Source: Lama glama (taxonomy: Eukaryota). Taken from it: 64,000 bases of DNA. The DNA lies in the NCBI GenBank assembly GCA_028534125.1, contig CM052816.1:81470001-81534000 (forward strand), read 5' to 3'. This document shows, piece after piece, positions 48,187 to 60,800 of this stretch. The notes below the pieces were generated by a model. The model made no database searches and had not been told where the DNA came from. It worked only from the letters and a program-made list of their open reading frames with translations. Every line of letters begins with the position of its first letter. Position 1 is the first letter of the stretch. A program made the position numbers and the translations under genes.

Positions 48187-49234
48187 CTGCTCAGGAAGCT
48201 TCAACTTTCAATCCTTTGACAGGAAAGCAACTTCTGCTCCTAGAAGGAAAATTCATGGTTTGTGAAAATAGGGAGACATTCTACAGATTTAAAAGGTCAA
48301 CTCTTTCTCATCACACCATGATTTATTTAAAATTCTAGACAGGAGGGCATTTATTTTCATGGTTGACTCAGGGAACTGAGGATGATTTACTCAGAAAAGG
48401 TGGGGCAGAGAACAAATTGAATTTGTATACATGTATAAGGGGCTTTTTCTAGGTAATAGTGAGTAAGCTATTCAATTTCCATTGAGCTGAGAAAAAGAGA
48501 GGGGTGTTTAGTGCTACCAGAGTGTAGAGGATTATACTTAGACCTGAAGTAAATTCCAAGAAGATTGCTTTGACTTAAAACTTCCAATCACAGTAGAGAT
48601 CTTTACTAATAAGTCAGGAGATGCCTCATCTCTGGTCAACAGCTTTTTGTATCCTGCTTCATGTAGACTAATCATTAAGGATTTAACTTTGAGTTTTAGA
48701 AGACTTCCTGATGATCATGGTGGAAAGATACTAAACTACCTGGTAAAACCGGAAATCTTGCCTCTCTAGACTTCCAGGAACAATGAGTCGGCATTTGGAA
48801 ATATTTGAGAATTGTTAACTTGTTTGATCTCTTGAGAGCTCTTTAAACTATATAATTCTAGAATTGGTGTGATATTTATATAAACAAAGAACTAAAATTA
48901 TTTTTATAGCTTATCTAGTCTGCATATTTCGTTGATGTTTATAGTATTTGTTTTCTCACTATACTCTTCAATGAAGATAAGCAGAGATGTTTTGTTCTAC
49001 AGTTGTTTAAAATTTTAAATCCAAGTCCAAATTTATTGGTTAAAAAATATGAGTATGTTTTATTATTACAAAAGTATGTTTGTTTCTCATCACCTCCCTA
49101 TGAGCAAACATTGTTCAAAACATTTTAACCTAAAAATTAAAAGCACCTATTACAAAATGCACACTTAAAAAAATCTAATTTTTTTTTCTCTTGGGACATG
49201 CTTCCAGCCAGACCTAAGTCAAAGATCCCTAACT

Positions 49235-50535
49235 TTTGTTAATAACAAATTTATTGGAATGTAATTTACATACCATGCAATTCACTCTTTTAAAGGGTAT
49301 GATTCCATGGTTTTTAGTATATTCACAGAATTGTGCAATGGTCATCACAACTAGTTTTAGAATATTCTCATCACTTCAAAAAGAAACTTTGGACCCATTA
49401 ACAGTCACTAATGGGCAATCACTAATCTATTCTCTGTTTCTATAAATTTGCTTATTCTAGATATTTCTCATAAGCAGAATTGCACAATATGTGATCTTTT
49501 GTGACTGGTTTCTCCAGTTAGCGTAATGTCTTCAAGGTCTATCCATGTTGTATCAGTACTTCATTCCTTTTTATTGCCTCATAATATTTCACGATATGGA
49601 TATACCACATTTTATTTATCCATTCACCAGTTGATGGGTATTTCCACTTTTTCATTATTATAAATAAGGCTGCTGTGAATATTTATGTATAGGTTTTTGT
49701 GTACACACACGTTTCCATTTATCTTGGGTATGTAAGTAGAGATGGAATTGCTGGGTCATATGGTTTCTCTGTGCTTAAACCTTATGCCAAATGGTTTTCC
49801 AAAGTGGTACACTATTTTACATTCTAACAAGTATTATGAGGCTTCCAATTTCTCCACATTGTAGCACTTATTAATATCTGTCTTTTTAATTATAGCCATT
49901 CTAGTGGATATGAAGTGGTATCTCATTGTGGCTTTGATTTGCTTTTCCTTGATGATATTGAACAATTTTTCATTTGCTTATTGGCCATTTCTTTATCTTC
50001 TTTGGAAACATATCTCTTCATATACTTTGCCTATTTTTAAACTGGGTTATTTGTGTTTTTATTATTGAGCTGTAAGAGTTCTTTATATGTCTAGATACAA
50101 GTCCTTTATCAGATATATGATTTACAAAAACTTTTCATAAAAAAATTGGTTGTTTTTTCATTTTCTTGACGGTGTTCTTTGAAGCCTATTTTCTTAATAG
50201 TGTTCTTTTAACAATGTTCAATTGATCTTTTTTTGTTTTATCCTTTGAGTGATATCTAAGAAAGCATTGCCTAATCCAAGATCATGAAGATTTATGCCAA
50301 TGTTTTCAGCTGGGGATTTTACATTTTTAGCTATACATTTAGACTTTTGATCCACTTTGAGTTAATTTTTGTATATGGTATAAAGCAGAGGTTCAACTTC
50401 ATTTTTTTGTGTGTGGATAAACAGTTGTTCCTGCACCATTTGTTGAAAAGACTTTTCTTTCCCCATTGAATTGTCTTGGCACTCTTGTTGAAAATCAATT
50501 GACCATAAATGTGAGAGTGTACTTCTGGTAACTTT
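49235..50535 (-). mobile_element. L1M 3' ~1.3 kb (antisense), followed by (TG)n at ~50536-50553
   Basis: ORF 50331-50561(-) gives L1 ORF2 [25 protein letters not shown]. Confidence 0.85.
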
Positions 50536-50649
50536 GTGTGTGTGTGTGTGTGTGGTCTCAAAGGCTATTTTGTCTGATATTACTTAGCTTTTTTATGGTT
50601 GCTGTTTGCATGATGTATTTTTTATTATCCTTATTTTCAACCTAGTTGC

Positions 50650-51250
50650 ATCTATGGCAAAACAAATTACTACAAATTCAGTGGCTTAAAACAACACACA
50701 TTTCCACTGGCCAGGAGTTTGGCACAGCTTAACTGAATTTTTTGCATAGAGTCTCACAAGGTTGTCATCACGTGTCAGCTGGGCTACATTTTCGTCTAGA
50801 GCTTGGGGTCCTCTTCATAAGCTCATTCATGTTGTTGGCATAATTCAGTTGCTGTAATTCTAAGATTGAGGCACCAACTCTTAGAGGTTACCTCTCTCCA
50901 TAGGCAGTTCACAACATGGCTGTTTTCTTCTTCAAAAGAGTGTCTTGAGAGGCATCAAGAGAATGTCTCAGCTGACTTAAGCTTCTCTCATTAGGGAAGG
51001 GTTGGATCCACTTTTAAGGGACCACCTGATTATCCCAGGCCCACCCAGGATAATTTCTCTTGATTAACTCAAAACGAATTTATTGGGGACCTTAATTACA
51101 TCTGCATCATCCCCTTCCTTTTGCCATATTCTAGTAGTTAGAAGTAAGTCAGAGAATCTGCCCACACTCAAGGAGAAAGGATTACACAAAAGAATAGACA
51201 CTAGGACAGCAGGAATTATGAGGGCCATGTTAGAATTATGCCTATGACAG
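50650..51250 (-). mobile_element. MaLR LTR (antisense)
   Basis: acaaattactacaaattcagtggcttaaaacaacac start; ggcccacccaggataat and gggaccttaattacatctgca motifs. Confidence 0.7.
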
Positions 51251-52254
51251 ATGGGGACCTGGGTCGGAGCACAAATTCTCTTTTATCCATTTTGATTTTT
51301 GAAGTATGTGAATTTATTACTTCCTCAAAAATAAAATTTTAAATCTTTGAAACTTTGCATTTGTCTCATTGGACTTTTATGTCCTTACGAAAAAGACTGC
51401 TTTGTAGCTATTCTTACTGTAAAATCATTGAGTCATTGGGAGGTCTTGGTTAAGAACATGGACTCTGGAGGCAGGCTGTGGAACTTTGAGCAAGATATTT
51501 CATCTCTTTGTGCCTTGGTTTCCTTTTCTGTAAAAATGAGCACATAGGATGTTGTGAGAACTGAGTTAACATACTGATATCACTCAGATACTGCTGCTTG
51601 CTAACACAAAATCTTAGTAGCATACAACAGTAAGCATCTATTTCCCCAACAGTCAGGGGGCTACAATGGCTCCGCTGATCTCAGCTGGATTTGGCTAGGC
51701 TTGGCTCCAGGCTGTGGATTCATTTCTCTCTGCTCCATTCTTATTCTTCTGGGAATAGCACACTGCCCAGAGGAAGTGTTTTCATGGCCATGAAAGCAGC
51801 CAGAAGAACTTCTCATGGCAATAGCCAGAAGCACAAGAGGACGAGAGGACAAGCTCATCTGCATAAGCTTATTTCATGCCTCTGTTTTTACCACATCAGC
51901 TAAAATCTTATTTGCCAAAGACAGTCACACGCCAACCCCTACGTTGCGCCAAGCTCAATGTCAAGGGGTGATGGAGTATACTCCACCCACTACCAGTCCA
52001 TGGCAAGGATATAGATTATAATATGACTATAGGGAAGTGAAGAATTTTGACCTAACATCAGCTCAGTCTAACATTAATATAGAAGACACTTACTTCTGTT
52101 TTACATTTAAGACATTTACAGCTGGAATATAATAATGCTAAATAAATCTTTGCTATCATTGACCAGATTTTAAAAATAAAAATACTATTGTTGAATGCTT
52201 CTGAAAGCCTTGCTAGTTATTTCAATAATACTGCTGTTCTTTAGAATAAAGCGG

Positions 52255-53015
52255 AGGTAAAAATGCAAAATGGTACAGTCCCTGTGAAAAAGTTTGGCAG
52301 TTTGAAAAAAAAACTAAACATACACTTACCATATGATCCCAATTGCACTCCTGGGTATTTATCCCAGAGAAATGAAATCTTATGCCTGCACAAAACCATG
52401 TACACTAGCATGGTCATAGCAACATTATTTGCAATAGACCTAAATTAGAAGCAACCCAAAAATCATTCAATAGGTGCATGGGTAAGCAAACTGTGGGACA
52501 TCCATAGGATAGAATACTACTCAGCAATAAAAAGAAACAAACTATTGATACACACAGTTTGGATGGACCTCAAGGGAATTTACGCTGAGTGGAAAAAAGC
52601 CAACTCAAAAGACTACCTAGTTTATCATTTCATTTATATAGCATTCTCATATGACAAAATTATAGAGATGGAGAATAGATTACTGGTTCCTAGGGGTTAG
52701 AGATGGGCATGACCTTAAATAGGCAACATGAGGGAATCTTTGTGGTGCTGAAACAGTTTTGTATCTTGATTGTGATGGTGGTCATATAAATCTAGACATA
52801 TGATAAAACTGCATAGCACTACACATGCACAGATAAGTGCCTTTAAAACCTGGAAATATGAATGTCTGTGGATTGTATCAATATTCCTTTCATGGTGTTG
52901 GTATTGTAGTACAGTTATATCAGATGTTATTATTGGTGGGATACTGGATTAAGGGTACACAAGGCCTCTCTGTACTAATTTTGCAACTTCCTGTGAATCT
53001 ATAATTATTTCAAAA
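52255..53015 (+). mobile_element. L1M 3' end
   Basis: ctaaacatacacttaccatatgatcc...ctcctgggtatttatcccagagaaatgaaa...gcaacttcctgtgaatctataattatttcaaaa. Confidence 0.8.
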
Positions 53016-53149
53016 AATTTTATTGGATTCTGAGTTATGAGGGGAAAGCCTTCTCCTCTTCAAGTTTATAAAAGAGTTTACTCATAGTTTTCTTCTGGTG
53101 CTTTTATAGTTTCCTTTTCTAGGTGTTTTGATATTTTTATTAGGCTGAA

Positions 53150-54170
53150 ACAGAAAGCTCATGTGCATTCAACTATTTACACAGAGCATCTCCTCTTGGA
53201 AGTTTCATATGCTTATCAAAAACTCAACTGAGATAAACTCATGCAAGTCTGGTCAGTACTCTGTGGTCCCTATTTCAGTGAACAGCTCTCCTGTCCACTC
53301 TCACTCAAGTCAGAGGTGGGGATTCATCCTTGAAAATCTCTTTCCCTTTTACCCCACTCTATATAGTCAATCTTCCTTTGAGTCCTATCAATTTTACTTC
53401 CTAAGTATCTCTTGAAAATTTTCACATCTTACTGTCTCTCATTCCGTGATCAAAATTAAGTTACCATGTTACCAAGTTACTACTGCAAAATGAACTGGCT
53501 CCTGTATCCCTTGTGACAAACTCCTTAGTATATCTGGTGAGCTTTTCCAAATGCAAGTCTGATAATATCACACACTCACCCATCCCATCCTTCCCCGTAC
53601 TGGGTATTTAAAAGTGCCTTTGAAGGCTTCTCATTGTGTTCAGTTGAAAAGAGACCAAAATCTTAAAGTGGCCTTATAGCACTGAATGATTTGACCCTTG
53701 TCTGTCACTATTACTTTTAACAACAGTCTCCCCCTCAGCCCAGCCAAAACGGTCTTCCATTTGATTCTCCATCGTCCCATGATCTTTTCTTGCCATAGGG
53801 CCTGTGTACTCTTTCCTCTTGGGAATGACCAACCCCAATTTGGTTTAGTTAACTTCTGTTCATTCTTTGGCTTACTACTTCCTCAGAGTTGCTTTCCTTG
53901 TGTCCCAGATAAAATATGAGTTTCTCATGTATTTGAGAACACATATTCTCCTAGTACTGTATTCCTTCTGCATTCAAATGTATTCAAAGCATTTCTCAAT
54001 TTATTCATAAATTAGTGTGATGATTTGCTTAGTGTCTGTGCCCTTCACTAAAGAGCCTCATGAAAGCTATCACTTTGTCTCTTTTAGCTTACTATGACAT
54101 CCTCGTTGCTCAGTATGGTGCCTGGTGTACAGCAAATATGTATACATATAAACGTATGTTCAATGATTGG
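53150..54170 (+). mobile_element. Degraded L2
   Basis: L2-type tail ending ...cagtatggtgcctggtgtacagcaaata. Confidence 0.5.
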
Positions 54171-55244
54171 ATTAGGGACCTATACAGGCTTACAATTTGC
54201 CAGATGTGTCATCTTGGGCAGATGACTTAACTTCTTGGAACCTCAGTTTCTTTACAAGTAAAATGGCTGTCTCAGTCTGATATTCCCAGGAAGCAGGGCC
54301 TAAGACAAAGGCTTCTGTGCTACTCATTTTTTTTATGGAGTACAACTCCCAGGAACAGGAGCAAGGGAGAGGGGGAGGGAGGGATGAAAGAGGGAGAGCC
54401 ATATCTAGAATGTGTTGTTGAGCTCGCTGTAGCTATGTGCCATGAGAAGTTGTATAAACAATCTCAAAACAACCCTTTTGGAGAGAGAAAGGGGAACTTT
54501 TGTCCACCAGGTTGACCTGCCTGGGCATGACGTGTGGCGTTGACAGGCCGCACTGCAGGAGGCGGTTGGAGTCCATGCGCAGCAGCATCACCTAGTCTGC
54601 GAGGTTCTTCCGGGGTGGGGGGGTGACTGGAAAATGTGCCCGGCACATCCTCAGCAGTCAATACATACATAGTCATTGTTATTAGGAATGTGTATTTCAG
54701 TCCCCAAATATCATTTATTTCCTTCTTCTCTCCTTTCTTTCCCTCCCTTTTTCTTTCCATAGAGAAAGGTGATTTTGAAGTCTTCCTTGTGGAAAATAAG
54801 CAAGGAAAAAATGCTAGGAAAACTCTTAAAAAAAAAGCAACAAAGTTGTGTAAAGTCTCAATAATTTCAAGAGTGTGGTACTGGTGCATGAATAGAAGGA
54901 CAATGGGCATCTATTTTTGTGGACAAAACATGTGTGGCTATTCATTATTATGGCATTGTTTATAATAGCAAAGGACTGGAAATAACCTAAATGTCCATCA
55001 GTGGGGCATTGACTGAAAAAAAAAAAGGTGTGTTTATACAATACAATATGAAGCAGCTGAAACAAATCATGAAGAAGTTCTTTAATATTGATATAGAAAG
55101 CTCTCCAACATCAATTAAGTGAAAAAAATCAAGATACAAAACAATGTGTACAATGTGCTAATACTGGCATGAAAAGGTAAGAAAAACATATTTTCATATT
55201 TGCTTGAAGAGACATTTAAACGTGTGTGTATGTGCCTAAGTATT

Positions 55245-55727
55245 TTAGTACCTATTACTGTATAACAAATTATTCCAAACTTGGCAACATAAAAACCAAC
55301 AAATGTTTATTTTCTCACTTTTTTTTTTTTATAACCATTCAGGCATGGCTTAGCTGGGGATACAGGTTCAGACTTTCATGAGGTTGCAATCAAGATGTTA
55401 CCTAAGGCTTGGCTGGGCCTGAGAGACACTTCCAAGATAGCTCACTCACAAGGCTGTTAGGCAGGAGGCCTCAATTTCTTCCCAACTAGACCTCTCCATA
55501 AGGTTGCAACTGGCCTTCCTCAGAGTAAATGATCTGAGAGAGACAGAGGGAGAAGGAACAACCCGCAAAGACCGTGGCCTAGTCTAAGAAGTCACACACA
55601 GTCATGTTTGCCACATTCTATAGGTGAAGAGAGTCACTAAGTTTGGCCTACATGCCAGAGGAGGGGAATTAAGCTTCACCTTTTGAGAGGAGTATCAGAG
55701 AATTAGTTGACATATTTCAAAATCATC
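55245..55727 (-). mobile_element. MaLR (MLT1-type) LTR (antisense)
   Basis: tattactgtataacaaattattccaaactt...cacttccaagatagctcactcacaaggctgttag. Confidence 0.7.
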
Positions 55728-56689
55728 TGGGGAGGGAGGAACAACTAGGGGAAGAGGGCCAGGGCTGGAAGGAAAATATTTACTATATCTAACTTTACAT
55801 TGTTTTAAACGATGTATTTGACTTTATTAATCAAATAATTGTATTTCTTTTAAAAAGAAACATGTTTTAAACTATTAGGGAAAGAACAGGGAGAGAGATG
55901 AAAGATGGGGGAAAAAAAAGCTGAACAGGATGTGAATGTGAAAAACTGGTTGAGGTGAAATTGACCTTTGTCCAAAAAGATAGGAAAAAAGGAGGGTCTA
56001 CCTTATGCTCACCCTGCCCCCTCCTCCCCACCCCAAGAGATTTAGTATTCTCACTTTTTAGGGCACCGGGTGGTGACGGTGAAGTGTGAGTTCTGGATAA
56101 TGGGTTTGTGGAAGGGGAAGAACTCTAGCCAGAATGTTGGATGGGAAGAGTTTACCGTTTATCGCTTATTATAGCTTAAGTCCTGTTACAATATCTCTCC
56201 TACCTAAATCGTTCTGTAACCAGTCTGTGGTCACTGTTGATTTTAAATAATATCGGATGACACACTACCATTTTTGGGTAATGTTTTACTTATAAGCTCC
56301 ATTCTTCTGGCTCTCCAAATTCCACTTTCAGGTTTGACATCTGTTCTTTAACGTAACTGGCACAAAACTGTCAAGTACGCCAAGAGGATTTAACCTAGCA
56401 ATTACATTGAAGGAGATGTAATGTGTACAAAGACGTGGCATGAAACCCAACCGGTTTATTGTCTCTATAAAAAGTTCGTTAAGGTCGAACGTACTGGTAT
56501 GTGCAGTACTAACTGTACTCACTGCGCCCTGTGATTTTTACAAGTCGGGAGTGAGGAACAAGGCTTTACAAACAAAACTAATCAATTTGTTCTAACCTCT
56601 TTTTTCATACACTAATACACCCAGAAGCACTCAATGTTCACTTTCAAGCCATTTAAAGGCAGTTGCCCCTTTTGGAGGGTCTGGGAATC

Positions 56690-57830
56690 CGGGCAGAGAG
56701 CGCGCCCTCTTTCCTCCCACTACAGCGGTGAGCAAAGTCCTTCCAGCGTCTCATGGGGACCCTGGTCTCCAAGGCGGGTCCCTGCAGCGCCGATCGAGTT
56801 CGATTCCGAAGACGGTGGTGTCTGGGGGTGCTAAAGGCACAGCTGGAGGCCGAGCAGGGTCCACCCTGGCGAGGCCGCGGCTGCCCCGCTTCGTGGGGGC
56901 CTTGCCAGTCCCTGGTTCCAGCCCCGGTTTCTTGGGGAGCGGGGAGCACAGGGAGAGGCGGGCAGAAAAAGGACACGTCACCGGAGGGGGACCGCGCAGG
57001 CCGGGCGACGAAGGGACCTCATAGAAAGGGTGAACCCCGCGGAGACCCGGGGGCCGGGGGAAGGGCCATCGGGTTCGTCCGGTCCCCGCCCTCTGCCCGG
57101 CCCGCCGGGACCCGGCCGGACGCTTCCGGCGCCCTCCGGGCCCGCCCCGCGCTGCCCGTGCCACATCCTCCAGTGACGTCAGCCAGCGCCGCCATATTGG
57201 AAAGGCGCCGCCGCCGCCGCTGCCGCTTCCTCCTCCATCTCCACCGCCTCCGCCTCGGAGCTCTGGCTGCCTCGGGGGCCGCGGCCGCAGGGAGGACCGA
57301 GCCCCTCGCCTGCCCCGCCGACGCCCGGCCCGTCTCCCCATGACTGGCCCCGCTGCCGACGGAGGTCGCCCCAGCGCCCGGGTTTAACACGGAAGCCCGG
57401 GTCGGGGGCCGCGGAGGGAGCGAGAGGGAGACCCGGCCGGTCCCGCGTCCCTGTCGGCCCGGCGCGGTGCCTCGGCGGGAGCCATGACCTCGCTGACCCA
57501 GCGCAGCTCCGGGCTGGTGCAGCGGCGCACCGAGGCCTCCCGCAACGCCGCGGACAAGGAGCGGGCGGCGGGCGGCGGCGGCGGCAACGGCGAGGACGAC
57601 GCGCAGAGCCGCCGCGACGAGCAGGACGACGACGACAAGGGCGACTCCAAGGAAACGCGGCTGACCCTGATGGAGGAGGTGCTCCTGCTGGGCCTCAAGG
57701 ACCGAGAGGTGCGAGCGCGGCGGGCAGGGCGGGGGCGGCCGGCGCGGGGCCTGGGCGCCAGGCGGGAGCCCGGCCACCGGCGCCGCGCGTCTGCCCTCCG
57801 AGCTGAGCGCCCAGCTGGCCCAGTGCTTCC
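56690..57830. promoter_or_regulatory. GOLPH3: CpG island / GOLPH3 promoter and first exon
   Basis: Very GC- and CpG-rich; GC boxes (~57084, ~57141); ETS-type CTTCCGG (~57123); perfect CRE TGACGTCA 57174-57181; YY1-type GCCGCCATATTG 57188-57199. Confidence 0.9.
57484..57708 (+). CDS. GOLPH3: GOLPH3 (Golgi phosphoprotein 3) first coding exon, MTSLTQRSSGLVQRRTEASR...RLTLMEEVLLLGLKDRE
   Basis: gccATG context; 75 codons matching recalled GOLPH3 N-terminus; GAG|GTGCGA donor at 57709; remainder of the window is intron 1. Confidence 0.97.
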
Positions 57831-60800
57831 AGATCCTCCCCGCACAGATTTCTTGGATTTCCCTTTCTCCTTTCACAGTCACTCTTTTCATTTTGACTGC
57901 CCGGCAGCCTGTTTCTTCCTCGCTCTTTTTCCGCGTGTTTAACCCGTGTAGACCCCAGGGTATATACAGTTCCCTCCTGGAGACTGCGAGTTAGAGTGAA
58001 ACACCCGGAGCCACCAACGCCCCGGAGTCAGGGGCTCTGCAGGTTTTAGGACCTGGGAGGGGTCCACGGATCTGCTTTCTGGGGGGTTTAAAGAAAACAC
58101 AACTTAAGGTGTACGGTTTGGAATTTTGAAAAAATGTCAGTGAAATGGTAATGGAGGCAAAAGTTGTTTTCCTGATAAAGTTAAAAATCCAGCAAAATTC
58201 TCTTGAAACCTCCGGGAAAATGACTTTCTAGGTAAACTTGGTTTGGGTGAGAATTTTTGGCATCGCTTTTACATTTTATCAGTACTCTCAAGAAAGAAGT
58301 TTTGCCGTCTTAAAAGCTTTTTCGTGGGGGTGCTTGAAGTGCTAGGTTTGTGATTTGATGGAAGGGCTCAAAGTTTCGATAGATACTTTTACTCTGACTT
58401 TGAAACGATTATTTTAACACCAGTATCTTTTGAAAATGTTGACACACAGAGAATTTGAGAAAAATGCTACAATGGACATGTATATACTCAGTTCCTAGGT
58501 TCTATAGTTAACATTTTGCTAGATATGCTTTATGACCTGCAGAGGGTCGGACAGATGAATGGATATTATACAATGTATGGTCTGGGGTCCCAGACGTTTG
58601 TTTTATCTCCGTATGGAAACTGCAGACAGCACATTTTGAGTCAAATACAAAAAATACCTGATTTTTTTTAAAATAAAGTTTTCCCAATTCACAGAGGTGG
58701 GCAAAAAAATACTTAATTCTTATTAAAACAGCTTAGTCTTTTTTCACCAAAACTTACCAGAAATAGGTGAGTTTCATATGGATTGTTTGTGTACTCCTGA
58801 TACTTAGTAATCTATTGAGTTTAAGTTTTACCTTGATGGGAATGTGTAGTGTATTTGCAATATCTGGGCGTTCAATTTGCTCAGGTTTTACTGATGACCA
58901 CTTGAAAAAGTTGATGTCCTTCTGGCTATGAAAGGGGCCCGGTATCAGTTTTTTTTTTCCCAGTTTTTTAATTACTGAGTTATGATGAAAGCAGGCTATG
59001 TGTGAAATTTCTTTTTGTTCTTTGGAAAAACAAAGTATAATGTCCTACTAATGTGATTTTAGAATGTATTCAACTTATTTTTAGATTTCGCAATTTAGAA
59101 TCTTGGTAGTAAACATTTCTCTTCAAGTCTTTATCTTTTTCCTTTGGGACAAAAGTAACATTATAGAAGATACCCTCCCCCCCAAACCCCCTGCACCCCG
59201 CCCCAAGAAAAAAGCGGAATAAGAAAACAAGTCGTCTATTCCTGAGGGAACATTTTGGTTTTATAGTTTTTGAGACTTCGGTGTGCTTACATTCTTTGTG
59301 TAAAACTAAAACTTTAAAGTTAAAACCAAAATTAGCTTTTGGACTTCTGAGTCACTAAATGAGAAATTATGGTGGAAAAGTACTTTTGTTTTTTCAAGTA
59401 CGTGTTACTTTAAATGTTTAAACAGAGGCATATTAACATGCTAAGTTTCTGTGATTGGTTTTCATGAAGATTATTTAAAGATTTATTTGTTGAAGCTTAA
59501 TGGTACTTAACAAAATTTAGACAATTTAAAGTTATTTGGTGGTAGGTAATTGAAACCATCTATTGTGTTTGTGTCAAGAGTCACTATACTTTCAGTGTTA
59601 CGGCCAAGGTCCAGACGCTAGCTAATTCTAGACATTTCTTACTAACTTCAGCAACCACATAGGGAAACTTTTTTTCCCTCCCTTTTGCAGGTTGAATCCT
59701 GGGAGCTGAAGTGGAGGTGGGTGGGGCTGGGACTTTGCATTGCTTTAGATTTAGATTTTAGGGATTAACCTGTATATTTTCCCCTGTCCTCACATCTTTA
59801 CCTAATAACTAGCCCTGGCAACTTACCTATTCATGTTTTTCTTCTTAGGAGATTTCCCCCCGTGTCTTCAACTTGTATCACTTTTCATAGGACAGGAATT
59901 ACTCTCTGATGTATGTTCTAGGCATTTATGCTTGTTAATATTAGATTTTAACTTACTAAATTTTAACAAGTTTGAATATTAACAAATTCTAAACTTTTTA
60001 GCCATAAAACACAGCTTAATAAATTCATTGCTTTAACTTTTTATTTTAACTTAGCATCCATTTTAGTGATAGCTTTTAAGATATTTAAAAGCTAAATTTT
60101 AAGGTTAGGTCATTCATGATGGACACATTTTGTGTATATGTGACGTAACCTTATTTGAAATCAAAATAATCAAGAAAAATTTTGAAGAAGTTGTGAAATG
60201 GTGAAATTAGTTTGACTTTTTAAAAATGCTGAGACTTATGGCTTGTTAAAAATACTTGTTGAATAATAAGCCTACAGAAAAGTTCACATGTGTGAAGAAT
60301 CTTCACAAACTGAGCACACCTGTTAAACCAGCGCCTAGATCAAGAAACAACATGACCAGCTCTCCAGAAGCCCCACTTGATTTCCTTTCCAGTCTCTTCC
60401 TGGTCCTCGAGGGTCACCATTCACTTGACTTCAGAATTCAGCATAGAATAACTTTGCCCATTTTCATACTTTAATTTGTGTCTTTTATTCAGCACTGTTT
60501 GTGAGCTTCATCTGTATTGTGTGAGGTTGTCGTTTGTTCATTCTCATTGCATTATAACTTACTTTTAACACATATACAATCTACAACATTGAAAATAATT
60601 ATTTTGATGTATATCCTGAATTTAGTATTCTCCCTCTCACCCCTTTACTGAACGGAAGGCTCAGCTTGCCTGCCAATAAGCAGATGGTCTGGCTTCAGAT
60701 TACCTATTAGGGGTGACTCTGAAGTTACTGTGGGTTTCATTTCATGTATTTTTTTTTAAATGATTTTCCTTTCTGGCTTTTACTAAAATACAGGTGCCTG

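Noticed and set aside
57192..57200. CCATATTGG as a CArG/SRF box
   Set aside because: Only five A/T between CC and GG (six are needed); better explained as a YY1 site
57019..57891. 290-aa, 196-aa and 153-aa minus-strand ORFs and the 196-aa plus-strand ORF around the GOLPH3 promoter
   Set aside because: Stop-poor shadows of a very GC-rich CpG island; low-complexity Arg/Gly/Pro/Ala translations with no recognisable family
57709..57942. C-terminal half of the 152-aa ORF starting at 57484
   Set aside because: Read-through into intron 1 past the GT donor at 57709; GOLPH3 similarity stops at ...LKDRE
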